From NCBI GenBank assembly GCA_037310415.1, contig CP147780.1, forward strand, positions 960,001 to 1,024,000: a stretch of 64,000 bases of DNA. Direction: 5' to 3'. Positions 52,635 to 61,919 of the stretch are shown one piece after another. The position numbers and the translations under genes were made by a program. Under the pieces are notes generated by a model, which saw nothing but the letters and a program-made list of their open reading frames with translations, did not search any database and was not told the DNA's origin. The stretch's first letter is position 1. Each line of letters begins with the position of its first letter. The DNA is from Candidatus Atabeyarchaeum deiterrae. Lineage in GTDB: Archaea; Asgardarchaeota; Atabeyarchaeia; Atabeyarchaeales; Atabeyarchaeaceae.

Positions 52635-53132
52635 ATGCGAAGTTGGCAGAATCGAAGGAGAGGAGCTTGGAAGTTGACCGGTCGTTCTATTGACAAGAAG
52701 GAAATATCATTGAGGTCGCTTCGAATAGAAGACTATGACAAAATGATCACGTGCTGGAACAAATCAGGTCTGCCGATTAAGATCACAGGGCGAGACAGCA
52801 AAGAGTCGATCGCGAACCAGATGCAGCTTAGCGGGTCATCATTCATAGGAGCCTTTAAGGGACCAAGGTTAGTGGGCCTGGTACTGGCAACTTATGATGG
52901 GCGTAGAGGTTGGATAAATCGAATAGCAATACTCCCAAAGTACAGGAGACAGGGCTTGGCAGCAAAGCTAATAGATAAAGCTGAAGGGTTTTTGAAAGAT
53001 GAAGGTGCGAAGGTAATAGCAGCATTAATAGACCGCTCGAACTCTGCTTCCAGAGCGCTTTTTGAGCGGAAAGGCTACAGCAACAATGAAGATATGCTTT
53101 ATTACAGCAAAAGGGAAAGTGCAGATGCATGA
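52635..53132 (+). CDS. GNAT acetyltransferase
   Basis: YDGRRGWINRIAILPKYRRQGLA; N..S..LF...GY. Confidence 0.92.
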   Translation: MRSWQNRRRGAWKLTGRSIDKKEISLRSLRIEDYDKMITCWNKSGLPIKITGRDSKESIANQMQLSGSSFIGAFKGPRLVGLVLATYDGRRGWINRIAILPKYRRQGLAAKLIDKAEGFLKDEGAKVIAALIDRSNSASRALFERKGYSNNEDMLYYSKRESADA

Positions 53133-53167
53133 AACGAGTACCTCCTGAGGTTTAGCTAGGGAACAGC

Positions 53168-53902
53168 TTGGAGTTGATTGGTGATTTGTCTTGGGACGGG
53201 AGCGATGAACTCAAAATCGTAGCATTTGACTTTGACGGAGTAATATTCGATGGGGAAAGCGTGGCTGTCGAAATAGGAGAAAAGTTCGGCTTGGGGAGTC
53301 AAATTCGTCAAACGCTTTTTGAACTTCTAACATGGAACATCACTCTCAAAGAAGCGATTCTGAAAGGTGGAGCCCTATGGAAAGGAATCAAGGTTGATGA
53401 TGTTGCCAAGGTAAGTGATAACCTGCATCTCCGTCAGGGGACATTGGGGACTATGAAAGAACTGAAAGTGCATTCGTACAAACTCGCCTTAATCTCTAGC
53501 GGGCTAAGTCAAGTGACATACAACGTCGTCAAGAAGAATCTCGGACTGGACTACGCCTTTGGAAATGAAGCCGAAATAAGGAAAGGAGTCTTTACTGGCA
53601 GACTGGTGGCTCCTCCTGTTGACGCGAATCGCAAGGCCGAAATACTGAAATCGATTGCCAAATCGGAGGGTTTGTCAACGAGAAGCTGCGCGGTCATAGG
53701 AAATGATCCAAACGACATACCAATGATGCTTCTCGCAGGGCTCAGAATAGGGATCAACCCTCATCCAGCTGTGGCAAAGGTATCCAAGATTGTGCTTGAG
53801 AAAATCTCTGACCTCAGAGAGATTCTCCCCCACCTTGTGCCTCCGGAGAAAGGGTTGCCTGAGGATGGAAAGAACGTGGAATTAAACTCTTGTTCTCGGT
53901 GA
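53168..53902 (+). CDS. HAD-IB phosphatase, phosphoserine phosphatase-like
   Basis: FDFDGV, ISSG, GVFTG, K, GNDPND. Confidence 0.85.
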   Translation: MELIGDLSWDGSDELKIVAFDFDGVIFDGESVAVEIGEKFGLGSQIRQTLFELLTWNITLKEAILKGGALWKGIKVDDVAKVSDNLHLRQGTLGTMKELKVHSYKLALISSGLSQVTYNVVKKNLGLDYAFGNEAEIRKGVFTGRLVAPPVDANRKAEILKSIAKSEGLSTRSCAVIGNDPNDIPMMLLAGLRIGINPHPAVAKVSKIVLEKISDLREILPHLVPPEKGLPEDGKNVELNSCSR

Positions 53903-53935
53903 ATTGTAGGAAGCCAACTTGCATGAAATGTGATT

Positions 53936-55186
53936 TCAGGTTTTCAACCAACTTGTGATCTTCTCCTGTTTCCTGAAGATCTCTAGTACCTTACTTCTAC
54001 TTGTCCAATTAGGGAGAGGAAGTGTGAGGTGTTTTCCCAGTTCATTCAATGCATCCTTGAGGCTGTTAGCTTTGAATGGAGGTTTCTTCGTTGCTTCGCG
54101 AAGTATCTCCCTCACTCTCCAGACTCCCAGAGGAATCCACTCCTTTTTGACCTCTAATAGTGTGACGATGGCTGCTTGTCTCTTTATGTGTTTCAAGTAT
54201 TCTAGGACTGGTAGCCTTGTCGCGTAGTATGCTCCTCCTACTGTGCTAGCGTATGTCGTTCTTCCGTGAAAGAGCTCGTGGTCCGAGTCAGGATGAGGAC
54301 TGGGCCCGATGAGCCAGCACTCCAAGGCTTCAAACATCCAAGAACTAGGTAGAAACAACGCTTGAACGTTATTGTGCAATGCCTCGTGTCCAACAACCAT
54401 GAACTCGTTTATCCAGGGAAATCTAGTGACCTCTTTGTGGAGTTTCTTTCCCAATATGTCGTCGGTTGCGGTGATACTCCACTCCGTTGGTACGAGTCTT
54501 CTCCTTTTCTTAGTTCCCAGTAGTCCGATTGAGAGCAGACGAGTTATCTGACGCTGGGGAACCATGGCATCATATAAATCGACCATTCCTTCAATCGCTT
54601 TGAGGTCGGTGTCACCCACAACGGAATCAATCTTGCGAGGTATGGACGGGTTTGTAGTTACTTTTAGTTTTTCTATTGTTGCGGATGGGCCTACGGGAAC
54701 CTCGCGGGGTGAGAACATTATCTCAAGCCTTGGTTTCTTCGTGAAGACAGCTTCCGTCTCAGTTGGACGAGAGGCCATGACGATCTCCTGAACGGTTTGC
54801 AGCATTCTATCTGGGTTCTGGGCTGAGGTCACCTTGACTGCAGTCTTTCCTCTAACTAAGCTGAAACGATAGCGAAGGAGATCCTCGATTCTTTTGTCCA
54901 ACCACATCTCTGGAGAATCCATGATGGCAGTCTCTTCACCTACTATTGGTGGGATCAATGGTCCTGCCAAAACCTTCGGGTATCCCCAGCTTCCCACGAA
55001 GACTGCAGGCGGTGATGAGCCGAAAATATCCTCCTTGAGGATTTTATCCAACTCTACGGTGGCTTCAGCTTTGATAAGTATTGGGCAAATCGGCTTCCCG
55101 CAGAGTCTCCTGAACCCTCGGCAAGAAGTACACATGCTGACATGCTCTGTTTCTCTGCTGTAGGTCAAGAGTTTCAGTTGACTCAT
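53936..55186 (-). CDS. nreA: Nre-family DNA repair protein with C-terminal PIP box
   Basis: CTSCRG..LCG...CP, GSSPPAVFVG..GYPKV, LVPTEWSITATD, terminal QEKITSWL. Confidence 0.93.
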   Translation of the reverse strand: MSQLKLLTYSRETEHVSMCTSCRGFRRLCGKPICPILIKAEATVELDKILKEDIFGSSPPAVFVGSWGYPKVLAGPLIPPIVGEETAIMDSPEMWLDKRIEDLLRYRFSLVRGKTAVKVTSAQNPDRMLQTVQEIVMASRPTETEAVFTKKPRLEIMFSPREVPVGPSATIEKLKVTTNPSIPRKIDSVVGDTDLKAIEGMVDLYDAMVPQRQITRLLSIGLLGTKKRRRLVPTEWSITATDDILGKKLHKEVTRFPWINEFMVVGHEALHNNVQALFLPSSWMFEALECWLIGPSPHPDSDHELFHGRTTYASTVGGAYYATRLPVLEYLKHIKRQAAIVTLLEVKKEWIPLGVWRVREILREATKKPPFKANSLKDALNELGKHLTLPLPNWTSRSKVLEIFRKQEKITSWLKT

Positions 55187-55355
55187 CTTGGGGCTCTCCG
55201 GACATTAACAGCATAGCAAAGTCCTAATATATGCTCCATAGTCCGCTCAGGTTCGGTGGGCGCCTGTCCGGATTGAGGAATCTCCAGTTCACCTAACTGC
55301 AAGGTATATTTGCTGCCTTGATCACAATCATATCGGTGGCATTTGACGTGAGGTT

Positions 55356-56291
55356 TTGATTATGCCTCTCAAGGGTGTAGAGAAATTCCGCAAGAAGCTT
55401 CCAGGATACGCTGGCAAGAGAATCATGCTTCTGGCAATTCTTGCATTGCTATCATTCTCTCTTGGTCTAATGTTTCTTGTGACACTAGACGTGTTGCCCA
55501 GATTTCATCGCGAAATTAGTTTTCTTAGTATAATCGAACCTGCGCTCCCAGCTATGGGGACAGCCGTGTGCGGCATCATTGGTTTTGTGTTGATTTACAT
55601 GGTCTGGCGAAAGAAGGAAAGACTCCTCAGAGAATCTAAAAGACTGGCGTATCAGCGTGGATTCAAGTATGCTGTTATTGGGATTCCATTAATCTTTGCC
55701 GCAGTAGTTCACATCTACTTGCCAATTGAGCAACTGCCATATATCCTATCGCCGATACCACCCGTCAATGGGCTTACCGTTGAATTCTCGTCAACCCTGC
55801 TGGGACTTCTTCCACTTCCAGGATTGACTGTTATTCCGGGGTTGACACTTGCAAGTTTCTTGGTTCAAATCCTTGGAAGCGTTGTTTGTCTCGCATTGGG
55901 TCTCCTCACATTTCGTCGGTCACTCCTTACCTTTGGGATGGATTACATGGGCTTGGTCTACCTCTACTATCCAAAAGAGTCAGAGATTCAAAGGCATGAG
56001 ATCTATTCTGTCCTTCGTCACCCGACTTATGCTGGAGTCCTGTTGATTGGATTCGGGGGCGTGCTCGCGAGGCTCTCAATGTACTCCATCATATTCTTCA
56101 TAATAATCTTGGCTGGCTTGTTGTTGCATATCAGGTTTGTTGAGGAGAAAGAACTCATCGCTAGGTTTGGCAAATCATTTCTGAAATACAGGCGGAAGGT
56201 ACCTGCGCTACTCGTCAGACCTAGAAAGATCGGTGCCTACTTCAGGTTTATAGCAGGTCACAAGGAGAATCCTAAGTCTCGACGAAGGTGA
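55356..56291 (+). CDS. ICMT/PEMT-like membrane methyltransferase
   Basis: IYSVLRHPTY, EEKELIARFG..F..YRRKVP. Confidence 0.85.
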   Translation: MIMPLKGVEKFRKKLPGYAGKRIMLLAILALLSFSLGLMFLVTLDVLPRFHREISFLSIIEPALPAMGTAVCGIIGFVLIYMVWRKKERLLRESKRLAYQRGFKYAVIGIPLIFAAVVHIYLPIEQLPYILSPIPPVNGLTVEFSSTLLGLLPLPGLTVIPGLTLASFLVQILGSVVCLALGLLTFRRSLLTFGMDYMGLVYLYYPKESEIQRHEIYSVLRHPTYAGVLLIGFGGVLARLSMYSIIFFIIILAGLLLHIRFVEEKELIARFGKSFLKYRRKVPALLVRPRKIGAYFRFIAGHKENPKSRRR

Positions 56292-56351
56292 GAACCAGAC
56301 AATACTTATTAATATGCCCAAGGAAGTAAAGAGCGGAGGTCAAAGCAGAAA

Positions 56352-56831
56352 ATGGCCATTGGCAGATTTCAAGTCATGGCGACACTTCAAGCTGCTAGGG
56401 CACTTGTTCTTGGGCTGCCTGACTCACTCGCAAAGAGTTGGGGTCTAAACCGTGCGATTTTCTACGCGGCAGCCAAACGCGGTTTCAAAGCGAAGCCTCC
56501 GATCGAAAGACCTCAAGCAGAGATTCAGAGAAAACCTGTGTTGGAGACTCCTGATGCCTTTCACTTGGGAGACGAAATGGCCTACAAGACTCAGGAGAAG
56601 GATGGCAAAACATGCTTTACCATCGGTGGAAAAGTTCAGACAGAAAATGATTTCGAGAGACAGATTGAATCACGTTTTAGCGGTATGTTTGATCAGACTT
56701 GGGGAGAAGCTCTCGAACTGGTGAGACAGTTCAGTCGCGAGGTTCTATTGTCGCAGCGGGATTTTTTTGACACGGTGTACAGGCCGAACAGAGATCGACT
56801 GTCGGCAAAGTGGACGGAGTCACTCAGATAA
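56352..56831 (+). CDS. Hypothetical protein
   Basis: ATG after GGAGGT; GRFQVMATLQAARA and SWGLNRAIFYAAAKRG look like conserved blocks. Confidence 0.8.
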   Translation: MAIGRFQVMATLQAARALVLGLPDSLAKSWGLNRAIFYAAAKRGFKAKPPIERPQAEIQRKPVLETPDAFHLGDEMAYKTQEKDGKTCFTIGGKVQTENDFERQIESRFSGMFDQTWGEALELVRQFSREVLLSQRDFFDTVYRPNRDRLSAKWTESLR

Positions 56832-56872
56832 ATAGTACATGAAAGCATTAGTTGACGGCATGATCTCCTGTT

Positions 56873-57760
56873 TTGTCGTTGCTATCTATCTCTGGAAAGG
56901 AGGCTTTCCAAGTGATGATTAGTGAATCCACCCTGTCCGAAGGTATGAGAGCGATCGGACCAATAGCTGGTTACTCGCGAAGTTGCATGAGCACCTCTCT
57001 TTACCTTGAGAAATATAAGCTTCTTCTTGATGCTGGTCCCTTATCATCTTTCACTAAAGGATCGGTAGATGCTAATAAGATTCTAATCAGTCATTTTCAC
57101 CATGACCACTGGTCAGGATTAATCGGTCTCCTAGGTTTGAAGAAGTGTCGGGACAGATTTCATCCCGTTCACATCTATTCGCCTAGGGGGTCAATGTGGT
57201 TTCTCAAATCTCTCTTGATGGAGCTGAAGAATAGGCGCGAACTCAGCATTGTCCTCACGCCGGACCCAAAATCTCTGATCAGTCGGCAGAGACGAATCCC
57301 CGTTGTGTTGCATGCTTTGGAAGGGAATCAGACTGCTGACACTGGAGATGGGTTGATGATTGAGGCATTTGATTCAATCCACCGTTGTGAGAGCATAGGT
57401 TTTAAACTCAGTGCAAGGAGAAATGGCGCAAGCACATGGTCCAGAATCCTGACTTATACTGGCGACACCAACGTTCAAGGACTAAATGATGATGCTCTGT
57501 CATCTCCAGTGTTAATTACTGAATGCACATATCTTGAACATGAGAAAACTAGAAAAGCCATGGAACGTGGGCACATGGCGATGGACAACGTTGTTGAAAT
57601 AGAATCGAAGTTCAGAGGTGATGACATTCTTCTTATTCACTTCAAAGGAAACTACACAGATGAAGAAATATCTGGGGCAATAGAATCACGCAACCACAGA
57701 GGAGTAAAACCTAGAGCCATTTGCACAGAGATTTCAGATGCAAAGTATGCGCCAGAGTAG
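56873..57760 (+). CDS. MBL-fold nuclease, RNase Z-like
   Basis: LLDAG, SHFHHDH, H..ES.G, YTGDT, ITECTY, GH, LIHF; start uncertain. Confidence 0.8.
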   Translation: MSLLSISGKEAFQVMISESTLSEGMRAIGPIAGYSRSCMSTSLYLEKYKLLLDAGPLSSFTKGSVDANKILISHFHHDHWSGLIGLLGLKKCRDRFHPVHIYSPRGSMWFLKSLLMELKNRRELSIVLTPDPKSLISRQRRIPVVLHALEGNQTADTGDGLMIEAFDSIHRCESIGFKLSARRNGASTWSRILTYTGDTNVQGLNDDALSSPVLITECTYLEHEKTRKAMERGHMAMDNVVEIESKFRGDDILLIHFKGNYTDEEISGAIESRNHRGVKPRAICTEISDAKYAPE

Positions 57761-57776
57761 AGTCTCCTGCGAATTG

Positions 57777-57929
57777 CTAGCCAAACCTGTTTCTGACTTG
57801 GGTCATGATCGATTCGCCGGCAATGTTAACATCGACCAACACGCCAACTGCGAAGATTACTGCCAACGCAGTCAGGCCGTTTCGCAGCTTACTCCTGCGG
57901 AGTCACCGTGAGGCGATTCGGAAATCCAG
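57777..57929 (-). pseudogene. Remnant N-terminus of a MacB/FtsX-type ABC permease
   Basis: Manual translation LDFRIASR*LRRSKLRNGLTALAVIFAVGVLVDVNIAGESIMTQVRNRFG*, directly after the ABC ATPase; internal TGA at 57903-57905. Confidence 0.7.
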
Positions 57930-57943
57930 CCAACCTTCACTCT

Positions 57944-58648
57944 TCAGTCTCGGAGTTTTTTGGGCTCAATGATTTGCCCGTCCATGATTCTCAATATCCT
58001 GTCCATCTTGGCGCCCACATTCGGGTCATGAGTCACGATTATGAGTGTGCGTCTTTTCTCCTTCGAAAGTCTTAGGAGCATTTTCACTATTTCCTGTCCA
58101 GTTTTTGTGTCAAGATCTCCTGTGACTTCGTCCCCGAGAATTATTGATGGATTGTTTGCTAGGGCCCTAGCGATTGCGACGCGCTGCTGTTCACCGCCGC
58201 TAAGCTCATCAGGTCTGTGATCCATTCTGTCTCCCAAGCCAACGACTGAGAGTAATCGCCTAGTCCTCTTCGTCCTGATGGTCTTAGGGTATCTGGCGAA
58301 GATCATTGGGAGTTCAACGTTCTCAAATGCGGTGAGTACAGGTATTAGATTGTAGAACTGGAAGATCGGGCCTATCTTGTGCCGCCTTATCATCGTTAGC
58401 TCTTTATCACTCATTCTTGAGATGTCTACACCGTCGATCACTACCCGGCCTGATGTTGGTGTGTCGAGTGCGCCGATCACATTCAGCAAAGTTGTCTTAC
58501 CCGAACCTGAGGGACCCATGATCGCAACGGCTTCTCCTTTCATCACTCTCAGATTAACGCCTCTTAATGCGTTAACGATATTGCCCCCTAGTTTGTAGGT
58601 CTTTACGAGGTCCTTCGTCTCAACAATGACTTTTCTGTTTTGACTCAA
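57944..58648 (-). CDS. ABC ATPase, LolD/MacB type
   Basis: [36 protein letters not shown]; start placed at TTG 58648. Confidence 0.95.
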   Translation of the reverse strand: MSQNRKVIVETKDLVKTYKLGGNIVNALRGVNLRVMKGEAVAIMGPSGSGKTTLLNVIGALDTPTSGRVVIDGVDISRMSDKELTMIRRHKIGPIFQFYNLIPVLTAFENVELPMIFARYPKTIRTKRTRRLLSVVGLGDRMDHRPDELSGGEQQRVAIARALANNPSIILGDEVTGDLDTKTGQEIVKMLLRLSKEKRRTLIIVTHDPNVGAKMDRILRIMDGQIIEPKKLRD

Positions 58649-58891
58649 CGAATATCCCCCATCTTGACTCAGGTGAGGAGACCATGGGATTGTCCAAGAA
58701 CATGAGCCCTGAATCTCCCTCATAGAAGTTTATACGATTTAAAAGGCTTTCGAGGTAGTTGAAGGCATCTCAGTGTGTTCTTCAGCCTCCCAAAGAGTTA
58801 ACTCAAGACATTTCCAATATGTACTTTAGGTTTGAGTCGCACTCATCTACCAAACTAGAGACTTAAGAGGCGACGCAGAGGTTGGGGTAAA

Positions 58892-60487
58892 GTGGAGTCA
58901 GCCGACTTCATAGTCATAGGCAGCGGAATTGCAGGCCTATACACGAGCATAGAAGCTAGCCGATACTACAAAGTCATAGTAGTCACAAAGAGCAGCCTCG
59001 AGGAATGCAACACTAAATATGCCCAAGGCGGAATCGCTGCAGCTATTGGCCCATTCGATTCTCCCAACTTGCACTACAATGACACCATCAAAGCAGGAGC
59101 AGGTCTGGTTGACCCGATTGCTGCAAGAATACTTGTGGACGAAGCTCCTGATAGGATCGCCGACCTGATCAGTCTTGGAGTTCCGTTCGACACACTTGAT
59201 GGTGAGATAACACTTGCTATTGAAGGAGCCCACACCGTACCACGAGTTCTCCATGCAGGAGGAGACGCCACTGGAGCAAACATCGAGCAGACACTAAGTT
59301 CGTGGGTCAGAAAGAATTCCGAAATCAGCATTCTTGAAGATCATCTTGCTACGAAGATCAGAGTTGAAAACAGACTGGCCACTGGCATCGAGACAGTAGA
59401 CTGCAAGACAGGATCAAAGAGAATCTTCGCAGGAAAGCATATCGTTGTGGCGACTGGAGGTAGTGGGATGCTTTTTGAACACACAACGAACCCGCCAGTG
59501 GCTACTGGAACGGGAATAGCAGTAGCCTACCTGGCTGGTGCACTGATTTCAGACATGGAGTTCTATCAGTTTCATCCAACGGCATTATTCATGCCAGGGG
59601 TTCCAAGATTCCTTATCTCGGAAGCAGTTAGAGGGGAAGGCGGAATCCTCCGGAACTCAAAGGGCGAAGCATTCGCCCGCAATTATCATCCAGATGGCGA
59701 GTTGGCTGCTAGAGACATCGTTTCCAGAGCAATACTAGCGGAGATGGATAGAACCAAATCTGACCACGTCTACTTGGACGTTACCCATCTGCCTGGGCAA
59801 AGGATCGTCACCAGATTTCCGAGTATCTATAGGTTCTGTCTGAGCCAAAAACTCGACATAACCAAGGAGATGATTCCTGTGGCCCCAGCTGCACACTACA
59901 TGATCGGGGGCGTCAAGACCAATGTATGGGGTGAAACCAGCATCGAGGGATTGTATGCGTGTGGGGAAGCAGCTGACACGGGAGTCCACGGTGCTAACAG
60001 ACTCGCAAGCAATTCACTGATGGAGACGCTCGTATTCGGGAAAAGAATAGTAAAGAGAGTACTTTCAGGAGAGGAATGGACAGGGTGTTCGGCAGCACCG
60101 ACTGATATAGTCACCTCACTTGATCCGCAAGTCGCGGAAGCTGAGACTCATTCAGCTCCTAGAGACAATTACAGAGATCAGATCTCTTTGTCAGACCTGC
60201 AGAACCTTATGTGGGAGAAGGTTGGAATAATTAGATCAGGGGTGAATTTGAGGCAGGCAGTAAAGCAACTCACTGGATGGCGACGTGAAGGTCGAGAAGC
60301 GAAGAATGAGGCCCCGGAATCAACGGAGCTACATCTCATGAATATGGAGGCGCTTCTGATCTCGACAGCAGCTTTAATGCGCACCGAGAGTCGAGGGACA
60401 CATTACCGATCAGATTATCCATTCGAATCGGAAGAATGGATAAGACATATTGTCTTCCAGCGCAAAGAAAACTCTTGGGAGAGATAG
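58892..60487 (+). CDS. nadB: L-aspartate oxidase
   Basis: GSGIAGL, AQGGIAA, EGAH, QFHPT, SEAVRGEG, HYMIGG, HGANRLASNSL, ESRGTHYR. Confidence 0.96.
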   Translation: MESADFIVIGSGIAGLYTSIEASRYYKVIVVTKSSLEECNTKYAQGGIAAAIGPFDSPNLHYNDTIKAGAGLVDPIAARILVDEAPDRIADLISLGVPFDTLDGEITLAIEGAHTVPRVLHAGGDATGANIEQTLSSWVRKNSEISILEDHLATKIRVENRLATGIETVDCKTGSKRIFAGKHIVVATGGSGMLFEHTTNPPVATGTGIAVAYLAGALISDMEFYQFHPTALFMPGVPRFLISEAVRGEGGILRNSKGEAFARNYHPDGELAARDIVSRAILAEMDRTKSDHVYLDVTHLPGQRIVTRFPSIYRFCLSQKLDITKEMIPVAPAAHYMIGGVKTNVWGETSIEGLYACGEAADTGVHGANRLASNSLMETLVFGKRIVKRVLSGEEWTGCSAAPTDIVTSLDPQVAEAETHSAPRDNYRDQISLSDLQNLMWEKVGIIRSGVNLRQAVKQLTGWRREGREAKNEAPESTELHLMNMEALLISTAALMRTESRGTHYRSDYPFESEEWIRHIVFQRKENSWER

Positions 60488-60574
60488 GGGATCTGCAGAC
60501 GAACCAGCAACTGCACATTCAAACTCACTAAGGCAGTTTGCTTTCTTTCCAAGCAAGCACAAATCAACATTCAA

Positions 60575-61141
60575 TTGGTGATCGAGTTGGAGAGGAAACC
60601 TCCTTCATCACTCACAAGCCCGAAGTTCGTCGAAATAATCAAGATCCTGATGATTGGAGATGGTGGTGTCGGGAAGACAACGCTATTACATCGACTAGTA
60701 ACTGGTGGATACTCAGAACAGTCAATGACGATCGGGGTTGGATTTGCTTCCAAGGTCATGAGAACTCTTGATGGCAGGGAAGTGAAGTTGCAGGTGTGGG
60801 ATGTCGCTGGGCAAAGCAGGTTCAGACTTCTTGTCCCTTCTGCAAGGGGTGGTGCAAAGGGCATAATTCTTGTTTTTGATCTCTCCAGACCGTCAACGTT
60901 TGTGCGGCTCGATGATTGGGTAAGACTCGCGAGAAGCGATTTGCCACCGGAAAGACATGTTCCGATTGTTCTTGTTGGTGCAAAATGCGACCTTGCAAGA
61001 AAAGTGTTGACCGAAGAAGCCAGAAGTTTCACAGCCAGGATGAAACTGGATGAATATATCGAGACGAGTTCCAAGGGTAATATCAATGTGGAGAGACCAT
61101 TTGAAAAGCTCCTTCAGCTCCTTGTTCAAAAACCGAGATAA
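60575..61141 (+). CDS. Rab-like small GTPase
   Basis: G1 GDGGVGKT, G2 TIGVGF, G3 WDVAGQ, G4 AKCD, G5 ETSSK; no C-terminal Cys motif. Confidence 0.92.
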   Translation: MVIELERKPPSSLTSPKFVEIIKILMIGDGGVGKTTLLHRLVTGGYSEQSMTIGVGFASKVMRTLDGREVKLQVWDVAGQSRFRLLVPSARGGAKGIILVFDLSRPSTFVRLDDWVRLARSDLPPERHVPIVLVGAKCDLARKVLTEEARSFTARMKLDEYIETSSKGNINVERPFEKLLQLLVQKPR

Positions 61142-61157
61142 CTGGTCTTATTGACTG

Positions 61158-61913
61158 CTAAGCTGGGGCTAGTTGCATCTTCCTAACGGCATTCATCGTC
61201 AATAGGTGGTAGTTCCGCATGAACTTCGCTCTGATGATTGCGTCGTCAATTCCACCTATGCCTGCCAGGTCTCCAATGAGGTCTCCTAGTGCGTGGTACA
61301 ACGAGTCTTCATTTGGTCCTTTTATGAAGGCTGTAACGGACTTTCCCACTTTCGACCTTAGTTCTGCGGGCAATCCAGACTCGGGATCGAATATCGCTTT
61401 AAGAGGGCCGAGACTAGCTAAATAGAGTTCAATGTCAAGTCCAGTTCCTTTTCGGGCTGGTCTTATCTCCAATCTGCCTCCATCCTCCGTCGTCACGACG
61501 ATGTCTTTGTCTATGGTCTTCTCGTCCCTTACGGCACCAGTATCAAAGACGTTCTCATTTGCTGTCAGTTCCACTAATCCTCCGCTTATAGTGCCGTCAG
61601 GTCCACCCAGCACTGCCGAGGGCTTCAGCATGAGTGAATACGCGGCCCGATGCTGGGGTCTGGAGAAGTCCCATTCTTGCTCGATCCCATCCACCAATGC
61701 ATCATGAATCCCACATATCCTCAAGGCCGCCAATGGATGTTCGACCGTGAAAGCATAGTTACCTCCGTCTCGTAGCGTAACGTTACTGTCTCCTCTCACG
61801 ACATATTTTGGGGAAGCCAAAATGTGGTTCATTACGATCCCAGTATTAGCCTCCGCTGGCAAGACATTGACGACAATGGTTTGCACTGCTTTTTTTAAAG
61901 TATGAAGATGAAT
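61158..61913 (-). CDS. LpxC-like zinc-dependent deacetylase
   Basis: HTLKKAV, LPAEANTGIV, TVEHPLAAL..CGI, HALGDLIGDL and a distal His; possible ATT start at 61913 (ORF track starts at 61886). Confidence 0.75.
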   Translation of the reverse strand: MHLHTLKKAVQTIVVNVLPAEANTGIVMNHILASPKYVVRGDSNVTLRDGGNYAFTVEHPLAALRICGIHDALVDGIEQEWDFSRPQHRAAYSLMLKPSAVLGGPDGTISGGLVELTANENVFDTGAVRDEKTIDKDIVVTTEDGGRLEIRPARKGTGLDIELYLASLGPLKAIFDPESGLPAELRSKVGKSVTAFIKGPNEDSLYHALGDLIGDLAGIGGIDDAIIRAKFMRNYHLLTMNAVRKMQLAPA

Positions 61914-61919
61914 ACCTTC

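Noticed and set aside
57903-57905. In-frame TGA as selenocysteine
   Set aside because: It lies in a truncated permease fragment at a non-Cys position; a nonsense mutation is the simpler explanation.
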